Origin: Eledone cirrhosa
Taxonomy: Eukaryota
Reading direction: 5' to 3'
NCBI GenBank assembly: GCA_964016885.1
Contig: OZ024741.1
Location: forward strand, 82,026,001-82,090,000
DNA: 64,000 bases
Under the pieces are notes generated by a model. The model made no database searches and had not been told where the DNA came from. It worked only from the letters and a program-made list of their open reading frames with translations. Made by a program: the position numbers and the translations under genes. Numbering within the stretch: position 1 is the first letter of the stretch; each line of letters begins with the position of its first letter. Shown here one piece after another: positions 40,100-51,990 of the stretch.

Positions 40100-43000
40100 C
40101 GTTTCTGAATTTGTTTAGCAAGATTCTTTATCTGAAATCGTGTGTTGAAACCGATATTGTTATACTTTGGGAGGGTCATGTTGCCAATAAGAATAACACG
40201 CACCAGTTGCTTTCACTTCAATTTATTATAATAAATTTATAAATTTAGGAATTTATAAATTTCTGGTTGGTTGGTTGGTTCCACAACCAGATAGTTGTTT
40301 ATATATATTGTCAAAGTTCTTTCGTCACACATTCTGTGACCTCTCCAGTGACTGGGGATTCTTTTTTTTGTTTTTGTGCCTCTCCTTTGTTCTGTCCTAC
40401 GCCATTTTGTTTCTGTGTGTGTGTTGTGTGCTCAGTCTGCACATGCGCCACATCCGGGTGTCTGTGTGTGTTTTTGTTTATTTATTTGTATATTTACATG
40501 TTAGCGGTTGGTTATTTGTTCTATGTGTATGTGTGTTTTCATTTTGTCCTTAATTGTAAGTTGTGATGTTGCTGTTCCACTCATATTTTCTATTTAATTT
40601 TGGTTGTAATTCTTTTATGTTTATTGCTTCTGTGATTTGTCTAAATATTGCGTCTTTTATGTGTGTAGATTCTATTTTTATTTCTATGTTCTCTAGTTTA
40701 CCCTTATGTTCTATTTTAGCATGTTGGTAGAGTACAGATGATTCTTTACTATCTTGAAGGTCTCGCCAGTGTTCATTTATCCGTTCCCCTACACTACGAG
40801 CTGTCTCACCTATGTACACTATATTTTTGTCTCTACATTGGCCTTCAGTACATCTTATGCTATACACTACATTTCTAGTTTTACAGTTAATATGGGGGCT
40901 TGTTTTACAGGTTATACATTTCTTATCTATACAGGGGGTCTTTGGAAAGGGTATGCCTTGCTAATAAGTGTTTTTACGGAGGTACCTGGTCTTTCTACTA
41001 TCTTAATATTGAGTTTATGTTATTCTAGGGCCCTTCTAAATTTGTAAGCTAATTCACCTCTAGGGGTTGTATCGATGAACATTACACTCTGGTATTTATT
41101 GCTATCATACCATGAGTTTATTCTATTAGCCTTATTCCTAGTTCTTTCTATTCTATTCCAAAATTTGCACCTATACAAGGGGCAGGTCCCATTTGTGTCA
41201 TTATTTACCATTTGTTTCCCCCATTTGGTTCTGACTCCTCTATACACTCTGATTCTATCTCTCTGATTGTAACCAGAGAACTGCATACGGTGGATGAAGT
41301 GTTGTATGTGTCTCTCTAGTTCTTCCGGGTTGCACATGCGAGACACCTTTCTCATCACACGTACCAAATCCGCAATCAGTATGTTGATTTTGGTATGGTC
41401 CGAAACTGCCGAGTTTCGGTGGATCAGATGTTTGGAAGTCATGGGTTTGGCATAATGGGAATGGAGGATTTGTTTTTTGTTATTAATGGTATCTAACCAG
41501 AGCTCTGTGTCTAGTACAGGTAATCGATGGCTGGGGTGTTTACTTGGGTAGTCTATAGTAACTCTAATACTCTGGTGGATGGAGTTAGCTATTTGCTGGA
41601 TCCTTTCCATTGTGTTTTTCTCTAGTTCCTGACTGTTCTCTAGTGGGGGTGTCTTAACTACGATGTTTATATCTTCAACGTAGCAGGAGTACATTATCAG
41701 GGTTAAGGGGTCTTCTAATTGTTCTTTAAGTTTAAGTTTAAGTCTACTGTCCCACCATACCATGAATAAGTTAGCTATGTCGCCTGCAATGCTAACACCA
41801 ATGGCTGCTCCTTCCTCTTGGGCATATGTTTTTCCATTAAATTTGAACATATGTTCCTTAAGGGTTAGTTTTATGCTGGCCCCTACGGCATGTGCAATGA
41901 TTTTCCTCAGTTCATCGTGGTTTTCGGGTGTCCGTATGGCTCTGGTCCACCCGTTCCATCAATCTCTGTGGGTTTTCTTGGCCATTGAGGTAATGGTAGG
42001 TGGTCTGCCTTTTGATGGTCTTGTAGAGCACAGGTTGCTAAGGTCATATGTGTCTAGGTAATTATTACTATAGGTAAGTTTAAGTAGGAGTCCCAGCTCA
42101 CTGGTATCAATCCCACGGAACTCAACATTGCTCTCACTGATCATTTCTACGCATTTCTCCACAGCAAAATCCACGTCAATAGATGGATACAGGGACACAA
42201 CATCCATACTACTTATTATGCAGTTTGTTAGGTCCCTAGATCGTTTACTCTCGCCGGTTCTGCTGAGGAGGTCCTCCGTGCTGTCACATACATCTGGGGA
42301 CATTTCAATGATGGGGCGTATGATCAGGGAGAGGAAGTAGGACAGTCTGTAGTTACTAGAAATGTTAGCCCCACAGACCGGCCGTGTTGGAGGTCCCGTG
42401 ACAGGGTCACTGCCCGTTTTATGGTCTTTTCGAAGCCCATACAACGCCGGCACGTCATTGTTCCAGGCCTGGAAGTTGTTGGCAGTCCTTTTGTTGGGCT
42501 GCATTATATTCGTCCACATCACCATATGAGCATTGAGGGCTTTTTCTCTATCCTCTTGCCCCTGTGGTGTTACCTCTCTTGTGTTAGTGATGTGGGGTTG
42601 CATTGCCTGGATGTAGTTTGGCAGGCTGTCAACCGACATTCTGCCAGACTTGTCTGTTGGAAAGCATGCTATGTCTCCATTACGCGAGCGCTGCATGAGC
42701 TTACGCAAGCCATTTGCAGATTTTTCTCCCAGTTGCTGGGCCTCCATTCTATTATGCTTCTTGCTATACTGTTCTATAATATTTCTAAGTTCAGATTTAG
42801 CTATACTAAATTGTGCTTCTGTTTGTTCATCGACCTGCGACGGCAATTGCGTGCGCTTGTTAAATGGTAAAGTCGTGGCGTGGACTCGTTGCAGGTCGAA
42901 CGACTTATCGGAGGGATTATAAAAAGTAGAGTTCCAGGCTGCTGCTTTATGTGTACTAGTTTTATTGTTATTGTTAGTTGCGTTGTTTCTATTTCTATTT

Positions 43001-43622
43001 CCACCAACAGCCTCATGGTTGTTTCTATATCTCTCATATTACTCCTGTCTCTTTCCACTGACTCATTGTTATTATCTACTCTATTTTGTGTGCCTGTGTG
43101 TTCGTCTTGGTTATTTTCTTTGTCCATAGTCTCCCATCTCCTTTTAATCCTATTACCTTCCCTTATTTCTGTGCTACTGTCATTACTTGTTTTCTGTATC
43201 TGTGTGTTTGTTAAGATTGTGGTGGTGGTGAGAGGCATTGAATGTGTGTGTGTTGTTGTTGTTAATGTGTGCTGTTGTTGATGTGTGTTGTTGTTGTTGT
43301 CTCCGTGTGTGATATTATTGTTGTGTGTTGTTATTGTTGTTTGTGTCTGCGTGCCTGTTGTTGATGTTTCTGGGTATGTTATTATTGTTGGTGTATGTGT
43401 TGTTGTTATTGTTGTTTGTGTCTGTGTGTCTGTTGTTGTGGGGATGTGTGTTATATATGCGTGTGCGTATATTGTTACTTTTGTTTTTGTTTTTGTTTTT
43501 GGGGCTCTAACGTAATTTTGTAAATGATTTTTCTATTTCTTACAGACAACTAATCATATTTACCTTCTTGAATGTCGCAAATTTCGGTGGTAGAAGTAAT
43601 ACATATAACTCATCGTCATCTA
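40100..43622 (-). mobile_element. PLE family B, long 5'-truncated copy (RT, GIY-YIG, 3' UTR, tail), decayed
   Basis: LLLPPKFA, TDKSGRM, LYGLRKDHK..RPVC, SMDVVSLYPSI, GAAIGVS, YVED, LPVLD, VVYSIRC..YIGETARS..RINEH..ITEA..LNRK (ORFs 41959-42846, 41020-41850, 40550-40867). HHR at 40309-40352 has a mutated core, CTGGAGA. Confidence 0.92.
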
Positions 43623-44736
43623 TTACAATCAGAGAGATAGAATCACAGTGTATAGAGGAGCCAGAACCAAATGGGAAAAAATGGTAAATAATGACACAAA
43701 TGGGACCTGCCCCTTGTATAGGAGCAAATTTTGGAATAGAATAGAAAGAACTAGGAATAAGGCTAATAGAATAAACTCATGGTATGATAGCAATAAATAC
43801 CAGAGTGTAATGTTCATCGATACAACCCCTAGAGGTGAATTAGCTTACAAATTTAGAAGGGCCCTAGATAAACATAAACTCAATATTAAGATAGTAGAAA
43901 GACCAGGTACCTCCGTAAAAACACTTATTAGCAAGACATACCCTTTCCAAAGACCCCCCCCTGTATAGATAAGAAATGTATAACCTGTAAAACAAGCCCC
44001 CATATTAACTGTAAAACTAGAAATGTAGTGTATAGCATTAGATGTACTGAAGGACAATGTAGAGACAAAAATATAGTGTACATAGGTGAGACAGCTCGTA
44101 GTGTAGGGGAACGGATAAATGAACACTGGCGAGACCTTCAAGATAGTAAAGAATCATCTGTACTCTACCAACATGCTAAAATAGAACATAAACGTAAACT
44201 AGAGAACATAGAAATAAAAATAGAATCTACACACAGAAAAGACGCAATGTTTAGACAAATCACAGAGGCAATAAACATAAAAGAATTACAACCAAAATTA
44301 AATAGAAAATATGAGTGGAACAGCAACATCACAACTTACAATTAAGGACAAAATGAAAACACACACACACATAGAACAAACAACCAACCGCCAACATGTA
44401 AATAAACAAATAAATAAACATATATAAACACACACAGACACCCGCATGTGGCGCCTGCGCAGACTGAGCACACGACACACACACAGAAACAAAATGGCGT
44501 AGGACAGAACAAAGGAGAGGCACAAAAACAAAGAAAAGAATCCCCAGTCACTGAAGAGGTCACAGAATGTGTGACGAAAGAACTTTGACAATATATATAA
44601 ACAACTATCTGGTTGTGGAACCAACCAACCAACCAGAAATTTATAAATTCCCAAATTTATAAATTTATTATAATAAATTGAAGTGAAACAACAGGTGCGT
44701 GTGTTTCTTATTGGCAACATGACCCTCCCAAAGTAT

Positions 44737-44742
<6 letters not shown>
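43623..44742 (+). mobile_element. Inverted duplicate of the 3' 1.1 kb of PLE family B
   Basis: Reverse complement of ~40154-41272; ORFs 43648 and 44028 mirror 41020 and 40550. Ends in (TA)n. Confidence 0.93.
44547..44590 (+). ncRNA. Minimal type I hammerhead, family B, intact core
   Basis: gtca-CTGAAGA(44551-57)-g-gtcac agaatgt gtgac-GAAA-gaac-TT-tgac. Confidence 0.8.
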
Positions 44743-44827
<85 letters not shown>

Positions 44828-44828
<1 letters not shown>

Positions 44829-46060
44829 TACCAGCATAATCCGGCGTTGCACGGTGTAGGAAACGTGAAATAGTAACACGCATATGCAAAAATGGAGAAA
44901 TGTTGCTGTGTACTTTTTGAATTCCCTTATTCTCAGAGAATGATTGTTCATCTACTGGAGACGTAGAACACCAGCAGGCCAGATCCAGTAGTAGCAGTGT
45001 CAATGGGCTGATTGCGGAAATCCTGTATGCGAAAGGAATTAATAAGTATTGTGTGGCGATGTATGTCGTAAGTCTGTTCACGAATTACTTCACGGATGGG
45101 GAACACACGTCAGTCTGAAGGAGCGATGTAGTCAATTGTGGGAAAACCAAGTAGGGATGTACGCTTAAGTAGGGATATTGAGATCACGAAATCAGCGTGG
45201 CAACGCAACTGCAGCAGAAGGAGGCCATAGTGTAATTAGCACAAACGCTGGGCGTCACTGGTTGTACTGCATTTACACAGAAACAAAGGTGCGAAAAAAG
45301 GGGTCACCGCGAAATTATCACAACCGTTGTTCGGCGAACTTGCGCAGGGCGTTCATACTGCGGTGTAGGTGCAACAAAAGGGGTCTTAATAGAAGTAGCA
45401 CAGACGTGAGTTTTACGGTGTCAATAACACGTCAACGTACACAGGGCCCGGATTTGCGCGGTGTGAAAGCACGAAGCGTCAACAAGGCGCCGACAAAAAT
45501 TTTAAATTCCTCCTCATTTCCTCAATCCCCCGAAAATAGTCCTGCTTAAAAGTAAGTGTTGTGTCTTCTGTTAAATAAACCAAATTTTTAACGAAATATT
45601 ATACGATACTTACGATGTTTAAGTAGCGTTTATATTGAAAACTAGCGCTTCGCGTCGGCCGTAGCGGAATATTTATCGAATATTTCGACAGCGTAATCGC
45701 CTAGATATAGTCAACTAAGCAGAATTAGGTTTAAAATAAAGTAGGAGAAAATAGAATACATTTAAATACCCCTACCATGGTTTTGTCCGTGTGTTGAGTT
45801 TTCCAATAATTATGTAATAATTATATAAACTCGAGCGGCGGATTCTTCAGGAAGCTCGCTCATATCTAGACATTAAATTTTCCAAAGCGACCGCGCCAAG
45901 AATTCATTTCAAAATGGCTAAAAATCGTGACGTAGTCGCGGTCAAGTTGGAAGGGGTGTGGTAGTTACTTACGACTGGTGGCATTTTTGCTAGAAAGCAC
46001 AGCACAATACAGACAAATTTGTATCTCAACCTAGTGGGAGATTATTACATATAAAAGTTT
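44828..46060 (-). mobile_element. Probable non-autonomous Helitron
   Basis: Minus strand ends ccgtgcaacgccgg-attatgctg-GTAG|t at 44828, a Helitron-type hairpin with a variant terminus. The 5' boundary is a guess. Confidence 0.5.
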
Positions 46061-47091
46061 ACATATATATATACATACACATACATATACGTGTTTTGCA
46101 ACTGGTCACTTTGTGGCTCAATGAAAAATTAATAAAATAAACAATCAGAGCTATATATCATAAAACATGTCTATAGAATCACAAGTTAAAATATATACTA
46201 TTTCCTCTCCCAATTAGCACAATTAACTATATAAAAAATCGAATCGTAATCGCCTATATATATATATATATATATATAAAATACGTAGTTTAGAAAGCCA
46301 CAACAATGCAGAGGGAAATCTCGAGGTAGGAAGTGAATGATAGATAGGAGAAATAGGATAAAGTGAAAATTGAGAGAGACAAAGATGAAAACAAAACAAA
46401 GGTAGAAGGGTTACCGTAGTGGAGATTTAATCCCAATATTTCGCGCTCACGCCCATCAACGGGGAAAAGTTCCGAAGGGGGGGGGGGGGACAGGCTAAGC
46501 GGAGAAAGTTGTGATGTCGTTAAAACAGGAATGCCGTTATGGGGAGAAAAATTATTTAAAAATTTAAATGAGGGAAAGAATGCGCGTGCGCGTGATAGGC
46601 TGTGGCAAAAGCTACTGACCAAATGGGTTAAATCAAGAGGGTGCGCTAGTGTGTGAAAGCCGTGAAATATGTGTGTGTAAATATATATGTGTGTGTAACT
46701 GTGTGTGTATATGTGTAAGTGTGTATATGTGTGAGTGTGTGTGTGTGTGAAAGATAGTGGGCTGTAGAAGCTGGAAATCAAAGGGTGTGAAAGGTGGTAG
46801 GTTGTAAAACATGTGTGCGTGTATAAATATAGATGTGTGTGTGTAAGCGTATGGGTATACATGTGTGTGTAACTGTGTGTGTATATGTGTGAGTGCGTGT
46901 GTGTGTGAAAGATAGTGGGCTGTAGAAGCTGGAAATCAAAGGGTGTGAAAGGCGGTAGGTTGTAAAAACATGTGTGCGTGTATAAATATAGATGTGTGTG
47001 TGTATGGGTATGGGTATGCATATACGTGCGTGTGTGTGAAAATAGCAGGCCGTAAGGGCTGTGAATGGTCTCTATGGTTAAGTTAGCCATG

Positions 47092-48026
47092 TCAGCTCAT
47101 TTCTCTCAGCCCGGTTGTTAAGTGGGGGTCTGAGGTTCTTAATAACAAGTGCTTCCTTTATCCTTAAGGATCCGATGCTGCGTTCAGTCGCTAGGACTGT
47201 GACCAAGGGTCTACCCTGTGGGTTTCCGCATTTAAGGATGTGTTTACGGAAGGAAGATGCGTTGGTGTTGATATGTTCCTTGATACGAACATGTAGGGGT
47301 CGGATGGTGCTACCTATGTAAAACTTGTTACATTTATCGCATTGAATCTTATAAACGACATAGGTGCGTAGGCAATCTGCCCCCCGTATCGGGCAGTTGC
47401 TGAGGGAACACGTCCCATCTGACTCGTCGGGTTTGTTGGAGAGGCATCTTCGCAGCGAAGGTCCTGTGTGGGCCAAATGTATGTCAAGTCCCTCCGTCCG
47501 TATGGCCCTGCGGATGGCGTTCGTGGTATATTCGCTCAGGTGGGGGATTTTAAAGAAGCACCTGATTTTATTTAAGTTTCTAGTGGGTGTCTGTCTATTG
47601 GGTCTGGGGGCTCTAATTCCGTTAATCAGTCGCTTGGGATATCCATTAGACCTGAGTAGATTACGGAATTGCGTGGTATGGGTGAGACCACCCATCGGGT
47701 CGCTGCATCTGTTAGTGATCCGTGTCAGTTCATATAGGACATAGCCTCTCTTAGCGTTGTTGGGGAGGGCTGAGTTGTAATGCACAAATAAGTCCTTGCA
47801 CGCTGCTTTGCGGTAGAAGGTGGTGTTAATGTCTCCTTCTTCCGAGATGTTGATACGGAAGTCGAGGAGGGCGAGTGACCCGTCTTCTCCTGGGTGTTCG
47901 ATGGTGAAATCGACGTGATAGTCAGTATCGTTGAAGATTTGGTGAATTTCATTCGCCATCTCCCGGGAAGAAGTAAGTATCAGGATGTCATCAACGTATC
48001 TGGAGTAGAAGGCGATCCTCGACTTC
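47092..48026 (-). pseudogene. Uninterrupted PLE RT C-terminus and GIY-YIG frame (5'-truncated)
   Basis: ORF 47078-48064. Its first ~13 residues come from the opposite arm and are not part of the element protein. Confidence 0.85.
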
Positions 48027-49418
48027 CGTATCAACATCTCGGAAGAAGGAGACATTAACACCACCTTCTACCGCAAAGCAGCGTGCAAGGACTTATTTGT
48101 GCATTACAACTCAGCCCTCCCCAACAACGCTAAGAGAGGCTATGTCCTATATGAACTGACACGGATCACTAACAGATGCAGCGACCCGATGGGTGGTCTC
48201 ACCCATACCACGCAATTCCGTAATCTACTCAGGTTTAATGGATATCCCAAGCGACTGATTAACGGAATTAGAGACCCCAGACCCAATAGACAGACACCCA
48301 CTAGAAATTTAAATAAAAGCAGGTGCTTCTTTAAAATCCCCCACCTGAGCGAATATACCACGAACGCCATCCGCAGGGCCATACGGGCGGAGGGACTTGA
48401 CATACATTTGGCCCACACAGGACCTTCGCGGCGAAGATGCCTCTCCAACAAACCCGACGAGTCAGATGGGACGTGTTCCCTCAGCAACTGCCCGATACGG
48501 GGGGCAGATTGCCTACGCACCTATGTCGTATATAAGATTCAATGCGATAAATGTAACAAGTTTTACATAGGTAGCACCATCCGACCCCTACATGTTAGTA
48601 TCAAGGAACATATCAACACCAACGCATCTTCCTTCCGTAAACACATCCTTAAATGCTGAAACCCACAGGGTAGACCCTTGGTCACAGTCCTAGCGACTGA
48701 ACGCAGCATCGGATCCTTAAGGATAAAGGAAGCACTTGTTATTAAGAACCTCAGACCCCCACTTAACAACCGGGCTGAGAGAAATGAGCTGACATGGCTA
48801 ACTTAACCATAGAGACCATTCACAGCCCTTACGGCCTGCTATTTTCACACACACGCACGTATATGCATACCCATACCCATACACACACACATCTATATTT
48901 ATACACGCACACATGTTTTTACAACCTACCACCTTTCACACCCTTTGATTTCCAGCTTCTACAGCCCACTATCTTTCACACACACACGCACTCACACATA
49001 TACACACACAGTTACACACACATGTATACCCATATGCTTACACACACACATCTATATTTATACACGCACACATGTTTTACAACCTACCACCTTTCACACC
49101 CTTTGATTTCCAGCTTCTACAGCCCACTATCTTTCACACACACACACACTCACACATATACACACTTACACATATACACACACAGTTACACACACATATA
49201 TATTTACACACACATATTTCACGGCTTTCACACACTAGCGCACCCTCTTGATTTAACCCATTTGGTCAGTAGCTTTTGCCACAGCCTATCACGCGCACGC
49301 GCATTCTTTCCCTCATTTAAATTTTTAAATAATTTTTCTCCCCATAACGGCATTCCTGTTTTAACGACATCACAACTTTCTCCGCTTAGCCTGTTCCCCC
49401 CCCCCCCCTTTGGAACTT

Positions 49419-49454
49419 TCCCCCGTTGATGGGCGTGAGCCCGAAATATTGGGA
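49419..49454 (+). ncRNA. Hammerhead-like motif with variant core CCGTTGA; mirror copy at 46431-46466 (-)
   Basis: tccc-CCGTTGA-t-gggc gtga gccc-GAAA-ta-TT-ggga; helices I and II are perfect, core has C4 and U6. Confidence 0.55.
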
Positions 49455-49647
49455 TTAAATCTCCACTACGGTAACCCTTCTACCTTTGTTTTGTTTTCAT
49501 CTTTGTCTCTCTCAATTTTCACTTTATCCTATTTCTCCTATCTATCATTCACTTCCTACCTCGAGATTTCCCTCTGCATTGTTGTGGCTTTCTAAACTAC
49601 GTATTTTACACATTTCACAATGCTTCAAGCAAACTTTAACACCCTCT

Positions 49648-49688
<41 letters not shown>

Positions 49689-49756
49689 GTAAGTGTAAAA
49701 TTAGAATTTTATTTCTCGCTCTATCATAACAGATACATAAATATAAGTATACATAT

Positions 49757-49811
<55 letters not shown>

Positions 49812-49896
49812 GTAATAATAATAAATTTGAAGACTAAAATCCAAAGAGGGATCGATAAGGATAAATATATATCAAATATATGAGAACCGTAGAGCA

Positions 49897-50800
49897 AATA
49901 TTTATTAAAATAACAGATTAAAGTTTAAGCAAAGAATCGCTGCTTTCACCCTTAACGGGATATATTTTCAGGTACATATGGTTTGGTTATGTGTATACGG
50001 GAGTTTTGCGTCTGCGTGTGTATGCATGTTCGTACGTATGTAGGGTGTGTGTATATGTGTACTTCATGTTTTGGCTGACTTACGTCTTCGAACATTTGTG
50101 TATTTACATGTAGGTATGTGGGTGCGCTTGTTATATACGTATTTATTTATTTATATACGTTTATTTAATTATTTATTTGTATACACGCACACACACATAC
50201 ACATTTATATGTGCGTGGTTTTGTATACCTATGGCAAGTGTTTTGCGTATGCTTGTAGATGTACGTATTAGAATGTGTGTATGCATTTATTTAATTTCTA
50301 TTACCTCTGTATTGTATTTATTTACTTTATTCTTAACTCTGAAGCGGAGATTCATTCGGTTTCCTAGTTAGAATTTAGTCTACGACTTCAGCTATACCAT
50401 TTACGTGCTTTTGTCTTTGCGTACAATTGTTCTCAACGCTCCACATATGACGTATTATCTTCGTTTTTTTCCGTTCATTGCCAGAGAACGTCTCTATGAA
50501 CCACTTAAGAGAACATTAGTCTACGACCTCTTTTATACCATAAACGTGGTTCTGTCTTTGCGCGTAATTGTTTTTCACCGCTCCTATTAATGACGTATTA
50601 TTCGTTTTTTCCCGTTCTTTGCCAGGGAACGTTTCCACAAACCAAAGTATCATCTTCCTGTCTTCCTCCGGTTGCAACGTTTTTTGAAATATCCACTTCT
50701 GCATTTACAGATTGACTTTGTTAGTTTCAGAAGATCCAGTTAAGGGTGAAAGCAGCGATTCTTTGCTTAAACTTTAATCTGTTATTTTAATAAATATATT
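49897..50800. mobile_element. Non-coding element with ~65 bp terminal inverted repeats (family D); fragments at 12272-12335 and 32900-33240
   Basis: tttattaaaataacagattaaagtttaagcaaagaatcgctgctttcacccttaac at ~49901 mirrors ~50739-50793. Internal ~140 bp tandem duplication (50375 and 50516). Confidence 0.7.
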
Positions 50801-50809
50801 TATATATAT

Positions 50810-51250
50810 CAATTTTGCATTTCTAAAGAAACACGGTTTTAGGAAGCATATGTATAGGAAGCATATATATAGAAATACGAAATTTCTATACATATTTGTA
50901 TAAATGTATGTTTGAAGCGAAATACTATTTCTATTCTATTATAAGTTGAGCAAACTTATGCAGCTTCATATGCAAATGAGTTTAATCACCTGATTTACAC
51001 AGACGAGAAAACTATATATTCTCCACTGTTTTCAAGTCCAGCAGTCGCAAGCGGTGGGCGGGACCGACCCGATGAAGGCAAGTCAGCCTGAAATGCATAG
51101 ACGGTTGTCCCCCTCGCTTCTGCTGGACACCACCAGAGGGCGTTAGCCCCGGTCTTAGCACAGCTACGGCTTCCTAAAAGCGTGTTTCTTCAGAAATATG
51201 AAATTTCTATACATATTTGTATAAAGCTATGCTTGAAGAGAAATACTATA
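50810..51250 (+). mobile_element. 322 bp-period non-coding unit with terminal direct repeats, HHR and a short inverted piece
   Basis: agaaataYgaaatttctatacatatttgtataaa at 50871 and 51193. HHR 51063-51105: accgac-CCGATGA-a ggc aagtca gcc t-GAAA-tgca-TA-gacggt. 50811-50846 is an inverted copy of ~51169-51205. Confidence 0.7.
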
Positions 51251-51544
51251 TATATATAGAATTGGTGTTGGATGCTTAAAGCGTCAGTATGCGGTAGGCC
51301 GTATGAGCACTCGATTCCCTCGTAGAGCAGAGTATGATATTACATAAACAAAAATAATCATTGTTGCGACGAAAGGAATTTATTGGACATATTACAATTG
51401 TTTCTCGGGCGAGAAAATCTGCTTCGTAGAATCGACACGTATCCGAGGACCGCGCGATTTCAGAGTCAGGTTTGATCACCACATCGATTGTGCCTCGAGC
51501 TGGTCGCCCGAGAAACAATTGTAATATGTCCAATAAATTCATTT

Positions 51545-51990
51545 ATTGATGTCCATGAAGTGAACGGAGATGGTGGAGATGGGGGGTTATGAAGACGAGG
51601 GTGGGATGGAAGGAGCAGAGGAAAGAGAGAAAAGAGTAGGGTGAGTGAGGTAGCGCTGCTACAGTCGTCACCCAAACGGATGTATAGCTCGGACATGGGG
51701 CCGGTGTATTGGGAAAAGATTTGGCCCTCAACGTAATCGACGAATGGGTTGACGTAGTTAGCACCCATTCTTGTAGCCATTGCCACACCGGTAAACTGTT
51801 GGTAGAACTCACCCGAGAATGAAAAGAGTTGAGGGTGAGGACCAGCTGGGCATGGCGGATGAGGGTGGCGATGTAGGGTAGAGTGGAGGGGTGAAGGTCG
51901 GGGAAGTGTTGAAGGGCACGTAGGCCATCGGCGTGAGGGATGTCTGTGGAAAGGGATATGATGTCTAGGGTGAAGAGGAGGGGTATATGG
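51545..51990 (-). pseudogene. Decayed PLE RT fragment, Neptune-like, next to a 37 bp inverted repeat (51376-51411 and 51504-51540)
   Basis: LLFTLDIISLSTDIPHADGLRAL, QLVLTLNSF, QQFTGVAMATRMGANYVNPFVDYVE, YIRLGDD. Confidence 0.75.

Larger units (their letters stand above)
46277..49648. mobile_element. PLE family C (relative of A): head-to-head inverted duplication of the 3' half
   Basis: ~46277-47868 is the reverse complement of ~48026-49608 with few substitutions; the ~160 bp spacer encodes FYSRYVDDILIL. Both arms encode YVVYKIQCDKCNKFYIGST. (TA)n at both ends. Confidence 0.95.

Noticed and set aside
46290-47090. 266 aa and 211 aa ORFs downstream of the family C endonuclease as a second gene
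   Set aside because: CA-rich 3' UTR with an internal duplication; the frame is not conserved between the two arms.
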